Part shown: positions 8,834-16,495 of the stretch, piece by piece | How positions within the stretch are numbered: position 1 is the first letter of the stretch | How the letters are laid out: every line of letters starts with the position of its first letter | NCBI GenBank assembly: GCA_014727835.1 | Contig: WJMT01000024.1 | Coordinates: forward strand, 1,309-65,308 | Source of the DNA: Candidatus Aminicenantes bacterium | GTDB lineage: Bacteria; Acidobacteriota; Aminicenantia; Aminicenantales; Aminicenantaceae | Direction: 5' to 3' | DNA: 64,000 bases | Notes under the pieces: generated by a model | Seen by the model: the letters and a program-made list of their open reading frames with translations, nothing else | Told to the model about the DNA's origin: nothing | Database searches by the model: none | Program-made: the position numbers and the translations under genes

Positions 8834-11499
8834 TTCAACAAATGATATTGAGGCATGGATTTGATCAAGCACTGTGTGGAGAGGATTTTTCCTGCCAGCT
8901 CCACTGTGACCACATATTCTCCAGGCTCTACAAGAGCGCCCCGGGAGGAACGAGAGTCCCTGTCTTCTGCAGTCTTTTCCGGCTCTGCCCTCATGTTCCA
9001 AACAACTTTGTTCAATCCTGGTTTGGCCTCTGCTTTGAGCTCTCGGACTTCATGACCGTAGAGATCGGATATAGTGATGATCGCTTCTTGTTTCAGTCCT
9101 TTTTTGAGATAGTAATAGATTTTAACTCCCGCAGCTTCATTACGGGCCCTGAATTGTCTCTGACCATAGATCCGGCCCCTGGGCATATCCTTCCAAAGGA
9201 TCTCATCTTGGATTTGAAAAAGGTGCACATCTTTATTCAAAAGAATATCATTCATTTCTTGAAGAGGGGAAATATCAGTGACATAAATTCCCCGTCCGTG
9301 GGTGGCTGCAATCAGCTCGTTTTCGCGGGGATGGATGACCAGGTCATGGACAGAATTTGTGGGCATGTTGTTTTTCATGCTCACCCAATGTTTTCCTCCA
9401 TCTATGGTGGAGAAAACGCCAAAGTCTTTTCCCACAAACAAGAGGTTCGGATTTTTATGATCTTCCGCAATCACGTAGATGATGCCGTCCGGCATGTTTC
9501 CGTTTATGGACGCCCAAGTTTTTCCAAAGTCATCTGTCTTGTATACAAAAGGTCTGAAATCATCTCTCTGAAAACCTGTTTTGACCATATAGGCCCGTCC
9601 TGGTTCAAAATGGGAAGCAAAAACACGGCTCACATAATATTCTTCAGGAGCACCGGCATCTGCAAGTGGAGAAGTCACATCATTCCATTGGCCTCCGTGA
9701 TTTGCGGTGACATGGACCCGGCCGTCATCAGTCCCCACCCAGATCACTCCGGCTTGAAGAGGGGATTCTGAGATGGTGGTGATGGTGCAGAATTCAATGT
9801 TTCCTTTTAATTTTTCCGGGTCATTAGTCGTCAGGTCAGGACTTATCTTTTCCCAAGTGTCGCCTCTGTCCAATGACCGGAGCAGCATCTGTGCTCCCAT
9901 GTAAAGAATTCGGGAGTTGTGAGGAGATAGATGTATGGGGGCGGTCCAGTGGAATCTGAATTCAGATTCTCCTTTTTCAGCTCGGGGTTTGATCCGGACC
10001 CTGAATCCCTGTTTTTGGTCCACGCGCTGCAGGGAACCCAGTTGATATTCATTATACAGCCAGCGGCTGTTTTCCGGATCAACGATGTTGTACATCCCGT
10101 CTCCCCCGCCCACAGATTCCCAGTCATCTGCTGTGATCTCTCCGTAAATGCTGCGGCTGGGGATTTTGATAGAACCGTTATCCTGAGTGCCTCCGTATAT
10201 ATGGTAAGGCTGCTCCGTATCCACTCCCACAGCATAATACTGAGCAATGGGCAGGTTTTCGAACACATCCCAGGTTTGACCCCGGTCATAAGACACAGCC
10301 AGCCCGCCGTCATTTCCCAGCCAGATGTGATCGGAATTATCCGGATCGATCCACAAAGCATGGTGGTCCACGTGGACCCCTTGTGCCAAATTATCAATTC
10401 CTTCCTTACCCCAGGTCTGGCCTCCGTCCATAGACCGCAGCAAAGGGGTGGAGGGAAGATAGACCACCTGGTCATCATTCGGATCGACATAGATCACACC
10501 GTACCATTTACCTCCCCAGAGAGTCAGGTCATCCGGGCTCATCTTTTTCCAGGTTTCTCCTGCGTCTTCCGTGCGGTAGACTTCTCTGCCGATTCTGCGT
10601 TTTTCCGGATCTCTGCCCTGTTGTTGGTCCCTTTCCGCTTCTGTTTTTGTGGGAGGACGGAGGTTGTTGTTTTCCACAGAGGCATACAGGATGTCCGGAT
10701 CCTTGGGATACACTGCAATGCCGATACGGCCTATTTTCCCTGAAGGCAATCCGTTTTCAAGCTTTTTCCAGTTTTCGCCTGCGTCAGTGCTCTTGTAAAT
10801 ACGGCTTAAGGGACCGCTTTCTTTGAAATCCCACGGCACTCTGCTTTTATCATAGGTAGCTGCATAGAGGATGCGGGGGTGTTTAGGATTTATAACCACA
10901 TCCACCACACCCACTTTTTCACTGATATAGAGTGATTTTTCCCAGGTCTTTCCTCCATCAGCGGTTTTATAGAGACCTCTTTCCGGATTGAATGAAAAGT
11001 GGTATCCCACAGCCGCCACATAAACCACATCCGGATTTTCAGGGTGGATCGTGATCCGTCCAATATGAGCGGTGTTTTTAAGCCCCATATGGTTCCAGGT
11101 TTTCCCGCCGTCATTGGATTTATATACTCCATCTCCAAGCAAAGACAGCCGCCCGGAAGCAGGAGTTCCAGTGCCGATCCAGAGAATATCCGGATCAGAC
11201 TGAGACACTGCCATATCACCGGTAGCAATGGTGTTTTGATGATCGAAAATCGGTTCAAATGTGGTGCCGTTGTTGGTGGTTTTCCAGATCCCGCCGCTGG
11301 CTGTGACGATAAAAAAGGTGAATTCCTGTTCAGGATGGGAAACGATTCTCAGGATCCGCCCCCCCTGTTTGGCCGGTCCTAAGGACCGGTAGGGGAATAC
11401 AGATAACAGATCTTGGTTGAAGACGTCCTGCTGTGAAGAAGCAGGAAGCGCCAAAAGTAAAATCATAAAAATACAAATCAATGAGTATTTTTGAGTCAT
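8830..11499 (-). CDS. Secreted BNR/Asp-box repeat protein (sortilin/VPS10-like double beta-propeller, often annotated as glycosyl hydrolase BNR repeat)
   Basis: About ten Asp-box motifs of SxDxGxTW type: SNDGGKTW, TADGGKTW, STDAGENW, TEDAGETW, SMDGGQTW, SYDRGQTW, SLDRGDTW, TDDFGKTW, TIDGGKHW. Signal peptide LICIFMILLLALPASSQ after Met25. AAGGAG lies 5 nt upstream of that ATG (11499). Confidence 0.8.
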   Translation of the reverse strand: MTQKYSLICIFMILLLALPASSQQDVFNQDLLSVFPYRSLGPAKQGGRILRIVSHPEQEFTFFIVTASGGIWKTTNNGTTFEPIFDHQNTIATGDMAVSQSDPDILWIGTGTPASGRLSLLGDGVYKSNDGGKTWNHMGLKNTAHIGRITIHPENPDVVYVAAVGYHFSFNPERGLYKTADGGKTWEKSLYISEKVGVVDVVINPKHPRILYAATYDKSRVPWDFKESGPLSRIYKSTDAGENWKKLENGLPSGKIGRIGIAVYPKDPDILYASVENNNLRPPTKTEAERDQQQGRDPEKRRIGREVYRTEDAGETWKKMSPDDLTLWGGKWYGVIYVDPNDDQVVYLPSTPLLRSMDGGQTWGKEGIDNLAQGVHVDHHALWIDPDNSDHIWLGNDGGLAVSYDRGQTWDVFENLPIAQYYAVGVDTEQPYHIYGGTQDNGSIKIPSRSIYGEITADDWESVGGGDGMYNIVDPENSRWLYNEYQLGSLQRVDQKQGFRVRIKPRAEKGESEFRFHWTAPIHLSPHNSRILYMGAQMLLRSLDRGDTWEKISPDLTTNDPEKLKGNIEFCTITTISESPLQAGVIWVGTDDGRVHVTANHGGQWNDVTSPLADAGAPEEYYVSRVFASHFEPGRAYMVKTGFQRDDFRPFVYKTDDFGKTWASINGNMPDGIIYVIAEDHKNPNLLFVGKDFGVFSTIDGGKHWVSMKNNMPTNSVHDLVIHPRENELIAATHGRGIYVTDISPLQEMNDILLNKDVHLFQIQDEILWKDMPRGRIYGQRQFRARNEAAGVKIYYYLKKGLKQEAIITISDLYGHEVRELKAEAKPGLNKVVWNMRAEPEKTAEDRDSRSSRGALVEPGEYVVTVELAGKILSTQCLIKSMPQYHLLK

Positions 11500-11598
11500 A
11501 TCGGCTCCTTTGTTTTTTGTTGTCATGAATGTTTTATTCCATCTGAGAATGAGTGGATTTAAGATTAACACGGCTGCTTTTTTTAGACAAGGGTTATT

Positions 11599-11623
11599 AT
11601 CCGGATTAATAATCCGGATTATT
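11599..11623. promoter_or_regulatory. Tandem ATCCGGAT palindromes (candidate operator) in a divergent intergenic region
   Basis: ATCCGGAT occurs at 11599-11606 and 11612-11619, centres 13 bp apart. The second copy extends to the perfect 16-bp palindrome AATAATCCGGATTATT (11608-11623). The site lies between the BNR gene (minus strand) and the membrane/ABC genes (plus strand). Confidence 0.35.
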
Positions 11624-11673
11624 CAGATGGGTTGACTTGAGATATAAAAAAAGAATACTGTCTATATACGGCC

Positions 11674-12912
11674 ATGCATCTTGTCGCTTTTTTGTTGTTT
11701 CATCTCAAAGTGGGAACTCGACTGGCACTGAAAAAAACAGTTCCTGTCCTGGGGATAATGTTTGCTGTTTACTATATCTTTAAGCCTGAGTTGTTTCACC
11801 AATTGTTTTCCGTATTGCTCCGTGAAGGCTCTTGGATCCCAGGGTTGCTGTACACTGTTATTTGTGGAGCCACTTCAATGATGGCTGCATCCAGAATTTG
11901 TTTGGGATTGACAGGCTGGATGAGTCACCTCCCTTTATCTGGTCGATCAATGCGCAGGCTGTCTGAGATCGCTGTTTTTACAGCCCAAATCCCAGTGCTC
12001 ATTGTGCTGATGTTTTTTCCGGTCCTGTCTATTCTGAGACACGAGGCTTCTTCCCAGACCACTGCATTTTTAGCTGGAGTTTTGCTGATCGGATACGGAG
12101 CAGCAAAAGCCTCTGTCCCCTCGCAAAGAAAATACTTGTCAAGCCCCTTAGGATATATGGCCTGTCTTTTTTTAGGTTCCGGCAGATGGGGTTGGTTCTT
12201 TTTTGGAATGCTGGTTTTGTTTTTGGTTGATATGGTTTCCGGTCCTTTATCTGTGTCAAAAAAAAGGACGCTCTTTAAGTCAGGAGGAACCTTGCTGAAT
12301 GCGCTCATCATTTGGCGTGCAATCAAATTCCGTATCTTTGTTCCTGCTGTTTGTGCATTGTCGGTCCTTGGAGCCACACAGCTTTTTCTCACCAATAATC
12401 AGACGGATCCAAAATTGAGTTTGAGAGTGGTGATTTTTGGGGGAGCTTTGAGTCTCACTCTTTTTTTGTCACTTGTCTCAAATTTGATAGTTGTGCGGCG
12501 GCCGGCTTGGCCCTGGATCCGTTCTCTTCCTTGGTCCGCAGGACACCGGATTTTATTGGATTCACTGTATCTGGGCTTGCTTGCCCTTCCTCTCTCAGCT
12601 GTCCTTTTTTTTATAGAGGGGAAGGCTTTTTGGCATGCCGCTTTGTTTCTTCCTGCCGCAGTTCTTTGGTCCTCCATATCCATACGAAAAGGAGGAGGGT
12701 TCAAAACAGGAGCGGCCGGAAGGATTTTTTGTTTTGGATTCATCAGCTCCTTATGGATTAGTGTCATCCCTGTGGGTTCTCTCTTGTTTTTGATGGGAAT
12801 TCCCTTTCTTTTCAAATACGCTGTGGAGTGTGAGAAAAATCTAAAGGTCAGCACATGGCTGGAACTTCATCATCTAGCAGCCGGCGATCCTTTGTCTTGG
12901 AGCCAACAATGA
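11674..12912 (+). CDS. Polytopic membrane protein (about 10-12 TM), putative permease partner of the downstream ABC ATPase
   Basis: Hydrophobic throughout. There is an apparent internal duplication (GWMSHLPLSGRSMRRL versus WPWIRSLPWSAGHRIL, each following several helices). The stop overlaps the ATPase start (ATGA at 12909-12912). Confidence 0.6.
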   Translation: MHLVAFLLFHLKVGTRLALKKTVPVLGIMFAVYYIFKPELFHQLFSVLLREGSWIPGLLYTVICGATSMMAASRICLGLTGWMSHLPLSGRSMRRLSEIAVFTAQIPVLIVLMFFPVLSILRHEASSQTTAFLAGVLLIGYGAAKASVPSQRKYLSSPLGYMACLFLGSGRWGWFFFGMLVLFLVDMVSGPLSVSKKRTLFKSGGTLLNALIIWRAIKFRIFVPAVCALSVLGATQLFLTNNQTDPKLSLRVVIFGGALSLTLFLSLVSNLIVVRRPAWPWIRSLPWSAGHRILLDSLYLGLLALPLSAVLFFIEGKAFWHAALFLPAAVLWSSISIRKGGGFKTGAAGRIFCFGFISSLWISVIPVGSLLFLMGIPFLFKYAVECEKNLKVSTWLELHHLAAGDPLSWSQQ

Positions 12913-13607
12913 TCAAATTCAGAGATGTGAGTTTTGGATATGAGAAAGACGATCCAGTCTTGAATCAAGTGAGATGGGACATTTCTTCAGGGCTTATGCT
13001 TTTGTTGGGGCCTAATGGATGCGGAAAAAGCACGCTGCTCAAACTCGCATCAGGAGTTGAGAAGCCTGAATCTGGCACTGTTCATATCAACGGAATAGAC
13101 CTCTGGAAAAAAGAAGCGGAAGCGAGAAAAAGTCTGGCTTATCTTCCCGAACAGCCAGACATAACCCCTTATGCCACCGTGAGAGAAGTCCTTTATCTGG
13201 TGTGCAAGTTGAGGAACGAACCTGTTTCAAAGGCTCATAAGGCCCTTGAGTTTTTCGGCCTTCAACCGGTCTCCTCCCGAACGATCCGTGAATTATCCAT
13301 GGGGCAGAGGAGAAGAGCGGTTTTTTCTGCAGTGCTGATCGGAGAGCCGGAGCACATTCTCCTGGATGAGCCTTTAGAAGGGATGGACCGGAAGATCCAG
13401 CCGGAAATAATCAAATGGATATTCAACCGGAAAAAGGCCGGAGCAGGGATTGTTGTGGTGTCGCATACCATCGAGCCATTTGCAGAGGAAGCCACTCAAG
13501 CGGCGGTTGTTAATAAAGGCCAGCTTTTTGTATACGATGACCTTCCGTCCAGGATTGAAAAAAAGCTTTCTCTATTGGAAGCTCTATCAAAAGGGGAGAT
13601 CATTTGA
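12909..13607 (+). CDS. ABC transporter ATP-binding protein
   Basis: Walker A GPNGCGKST, signature LSMGQRRR, Walker B ILLDEPLEGMD, H-loop VSHT. Start taken at MIKFRDVSF, which is coupled to the upstream stop. Confidence 0.85.
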   Translation: MIKFRDVSFGYEKDDPVLNQVRWDISSGLMLLLGPNGCGKSTLLKLASGVEKPESGTVHINGIDLWKKEAEARKSLAYLPEQPDITPYATVREVLYLVCKLRNEPVSKAHKALEFFGLQPVSSRTIRELSMGQRRRAVFSAVLIGEPEHILLDEPLEGMDRKIQPEIIKWIFNRKKAGAGIVVVSHTIEPFAEEATQAAVVNKGQLFVYDDLPSRIEKKLSLLEALSKGEII

Positions 13608-13710
13608 ATTGAATCATCTCATGAAGAGATTCCGGTCGTTTTATCTGTATTCATTTTTGTTTTTGAAAAATACAAGTTAAGCATTTTTCAGAGAAACAGA
13701 TTGAGGTATA

Positions 13711-14664
13711 ATGGATTCCATGAAAACAGAAGATAAAAACATCCCTTTTGTGAAAAAATGGATCACAGCAGCAAGACCCTGGGCACTTCCTGCATCCACC
13801 ATGCCTGTGATATTCGGCACTTCACTGGCGATTGTGATTGGCGGTGCTTCTTTTCAATTTTTTCGTTTTGTCCTTGCTTTGTGTGCCATGGTCATCCTTC
13901 ATTCTGCCGCTAATATACTGAGTGATTTTTTTGATTTCAGGCGCGGCATTGACCGGAATGTCACTCCGGTGAGCGGTGCTGTGGTCAGGGGCTGGATCAG
14001 TAAAGAGGAAGCTGCTGTTGGTTCTGGGATCCTTTTTGTTTTGGGCTCGGCATTGGGATTGGTGTTGGTGTTCATGACCAATGAAATCCTGTTGGTGATT
14101 GGAGTCATTGGTGTGGCAGTGGGAGTCATCTACTCATTTTTGAAATATCATGCTTGGGGAGATTTTGCTGTTTTTCTTGATTTCGGAATTCTCGGGTCCC
14201 TGGGAGCTTGGGTGGTGCAAACCAAAGAATTTTCATGGATACCTGTGATATGGACTGTTCCCATGGCCATGCTGGTCAGTGCCATTCTTCATGCCAACAA
14301 CTGGCGGGATATGAAATCTGACACCCCAAAGGGAGTCAGAACCGTGGCTTCCCTTTTGGGAGACCAAGGCTCTCTTTATTATTATTATTTTCTGACTATA
14401 GGGCCGTTTGTGGTGCTTCTTTGTCTGATCTTAGGGCCCCGGATTGCAGACCTCGGGATAAGAGCCATGCCTTTTAGTTTTTTTATGGCCTTTCTTTCCA
14501 TCCCGAGTGCAGGGAGTCTCTTAAAAAGAGCCCTTTCCCGTCATAAACCCAGCAGTCCTATGGATTTCATTGTTTTGGATGGGGCGACTTCCAAACACAA
14601 TCTGGTTTTCGGGATTCTCTGTACAGGTGCTGTTTGGCTGCATTTTTTCATCGTATCAATTTGA
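13711..14664 (+). CDS. UbiA-family aromatic prenyltransferase (MenA-like)
   Basis: Eight to nine TM helices. The N-terminal WITAARPWALPAS and the Asp-rich motif NILSDFFDFRRGID are typical of UbiA/MenA enzymes. GAGG lies 4-5 nt before the ATG. Confidence 0.75.
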   Translation: MDSMKTEDKNIPFVKKWITAARPWALPASTMPVIFGTSLAIVIGGASFQFFRFVLALCAMVILHSAANILSDFFDFRRGIDRNVTPVSGAVVRGWISKEEAAVGSGILFVLGSALGLVLVFMTNEILLVIGVIGVAVGVIYSFLKYHAWGDFAVFLDFGILGSLGAWVVQTKEFSWIPVIWTVPMAMLVSAILHANNWRDMKSDTPKGVRTVASLLGDQGSLYYYYFLTIGPFVVLLCLILGPRIADLGIRAMPFSFFMAFLSIPSAGSLLKRALSRHKPSSPMDFIVLDGATSKHNLVFGILCTGAVWLHFFIVSI

Positions 14665-14679
14665 AATATCTGAAGACTG

Positions 14680-15324
14680 ATGAATAAAAAGTCTTTTTTT
14701 GTTTTAGGGGCTTTCTTTATGGGGGCCTGTCTGCTTTTTTTCCCATTGTTTTTGTGGAAAAACATAGGAAGTCTGGATTTTTGGTGGTGGATGAGCTTGA
14801 ATATCGCCATTTTGGTCGTATTTGGTTTTATTTCTGATTCATCTTACAAGGAGTTCATTCAAAAAGACCTGCGGACTGACCTGGTGATAAAAGTCATATG
14901 GGGGATTCTCTCTGCTGTTGTTTTGTACGGGATTTTTTATCTGGGAAGAGAATTGTCCTGTGCGGCGCTTGGTTTTGCAGAGAGAAACATAGAGGGTGTT
15001 TACAGTTTCAAACAAGGACACAGTTGGTTAAAGGTCCTGTTTCTTATGGTGTTGGTGATCGGTCCTGGGGAAGAGCTGTTTTGGCGCGGCTTTCTTCAGA
15101 GACATTGGCAGAATAAGGTAGGCAAGAGATGGGGATTTTTGCTGGTCGTTCTTATGTATGCTGGTGTGCATTTAGGGAGTGGGAACGGGATGCTTGTGGC
15201 AGCAGCTGCTGTATGCGGACTGTTTTGGGGATTATGGTTTCAATGGAAAAAATCAGTTGTGCTGGTGGCTGTGAGTCATACGGTATGGGATGTATTGATT
15301 TTTCTGTTATTCCCTTTATCATAA
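14680..15324 (+). CDS. CPBP family intramembrane glutamic endopeptidase (CAAX protease / Abi type)
   Basis: Motif 1 is GPGEELFWRGF (EExxxR). Distal His motifs are AGVH and VSHTVWD. The protein is polytopic. Confidence 0.8.
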   Translation: MNKKSFFVLGAFFMGACLLFFPLFLWKNIGSLDFWWWMSLNIAILVVFGFISDSSYKEFIQKDLRTDLVIKVIWGILSAVVLYGIFYLGRELSCAALGFAERNIEGVYSFKQGHSWLKVLFLMVLVIGPGEELFWRGFLQRHWQNKVGKRWGFLLVVLMYAGVHLGSGNGMLVAAAAVCGLFWGLWFQWKKSVVLVAVSHTVWDVLIFLLFPLS

Positions 15325-15346
15325 ACATGAATACAGGAGGACGAGA

Positions 15347-15529
15347 ATGAAACCAAAGATGATCGTGGTTCTGGTCTTGTGTATCATTGCTTTGGTATTT
15401 GTATTTCAGAATTCCAAAGTGATCACCATCCAGCTGCTCTTTTGGACTGTGAGCGCTTCAAGGATCATTATGGTGATAGGCCTTTTGTTGATGGGTTTTC
15501 TGGTGGGATATTTGCTGGGGCGGCGCTAG
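15347..15529 (+). CDS. LapA-like (DUF1049) small two-helix membrane protein
   Basis: A 60-aa protein with two TM helices around QNSKVITIQLLFWTVS, which is the typical LapA/DUF1049 layout. GGAGGA RBS upstream. Confidence 0.6.
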   Translation: MKPKMIVVLVLCIIALVFVFQNSKVITIQLLFWTVSASRIIMVIGLLLMGFLVGYLLGRR

Positions 15530-15627
15530 TACGGTCAAGAGACTCTGGCCAACAACGGGTTTCTTTTCTCTTTGAAAATCATGTTTTTTGCTTTAGACTG
15601 ATTGAAGAGGAATGATATAAAGAGATC

Positions 15628-16446
15628 ATGAGGGAGAAAAACACCGCAAAGCTCGAAAGTCTCAAGCAGGAGCTCATGGCCCTGAAGAGTCTGGTCATCG
15701 GATTTTCAGGAGGTGTGGACAGCAGTTTTTTAGCCAGTGTGGCTTTTGAGGTTTTGGGCGAGAAAGCTCTTGCAGTGACCTTTTCATCTGAAGTGATCCC
15801 TGAGTTTGAGATCAATGAAGCCCGAAAGGTGGCAAAAGAGATCGGCATCAAACATCAAATCCTCCCTGTTCAACTGCTTGACCGTGAAGAATTTGCTCAA
15901 AATTCTGAACAGAGATGTTACTTCTGCAAAAAAAACGTTTTTTCAATGCTCAAAAAAATCGCTGGTGAAAAAGGATATCAACATGTGGTCTGCGGAGAGA
16001 ATCTGGATGACAGGGGATCTTTCAGGCCTGGCATGAAAGCTTGTGAAGAACTGGGGGTTTCCACTCCTCTCATCAAAGCAGGCCTGGCCAAACAAGATAT
16101 TAGAGATTTGTCAAGGCAGAGAAATCTCAGCACCTGGAACAATCCTTCCATGTCCTGTCTTGCCACTCGGATTCCTTATCACACCCCGATCACTGAAAAA
16201 GCACTTGCCATGATAGAGAAATCCGAACATTTTCTGCGTCAATTTGGTATACAGCACTTGAGAGTCAGACATCATGGACAGACAGCTCGGATCGAAGTGA
16301 GTCCTGAGGACATGGAAGCTTTTATCAAAAAAGAGATGCGGATCCAGGTCACAAATGAATTGAGGCGAATCGGATACACTTACGTCACTTTGGATCTAAT
16401 GGGATACAGGTCAGGAAGCATGGATGAAAAAGGTCAGACTGAATGA
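15628..16446 (+). CDS. larE: PP-loop ATP pyrophosphatase, LarE-type sacrificial sulfur transferase family
   Basis: SGGVDSS PP-loop, conserved CYFCK cysteine region and a C-terminal TARIE..L segment, at about 270 aa, as in the TIGR00268/LarE family. No larB or larC is present in the window. Confidence 0.75.
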   Translation: MREKNTAKLESLKQELMALKSLVIGFSGGVDSSFLASVAFEVLGEKALAVTFSSEVIPEFEINEARKVAKEIGIKHQILPVQLLDREEFAQNSEQRCYFCKKNVFSMLKKIAGEKGYQHVVCGENLDDRGSFRPGMKACEELGVSTPLIKAGLAKQDIRDLSRQRNLSTWNNPSMSCLATRIPYHTPITEKALAMIEKSEHFLRQFGIQHLRVRHHGQTARIEVSPEDMEAFIKKEMRIQVTNELRRIGYTYVTLDLMGYRSGSMDEKGQTE

Positions 16447-16495
16447 AGCATTTTGGGTGTGATTTGAAATCCAATCATGATATGATGATCGCATA

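Noticed and set aside
8834-9001. 56-codon N-terminal extension of the DUF362 ORF
   Set aside because: It overlaps the 3' end of the BNR gene in another frame, is Arg/Gly/Cys-rich and not protein-like. The ATGA-coupled Met at 8833 begins the conserved DUF362 N-terminus.
8824-9771. 315-aa ORF on the plus strand (also 9931-10743 at 270 aa, and 10999-11382)
   Set aside because: These lie entirely antisense to the 890-aa BNR/Asp-box gene, whose repeated SxDxGxTW motifs prove the minus-strand frame is real. The translations are low-complexity and motif-free, which is typical of shadow ORFs.
11632-11668. TTGACT -35-like hexamer upstream of the membrane/ABC operon
   Set aside because: The best -10 at proper spacing is only AATACT/ATACTG. 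TATATA (11663-11668) lies only 5 nt upstream of the ATG (11674), too close for a normal leader. It is left as unresolved rather than called as a feature.
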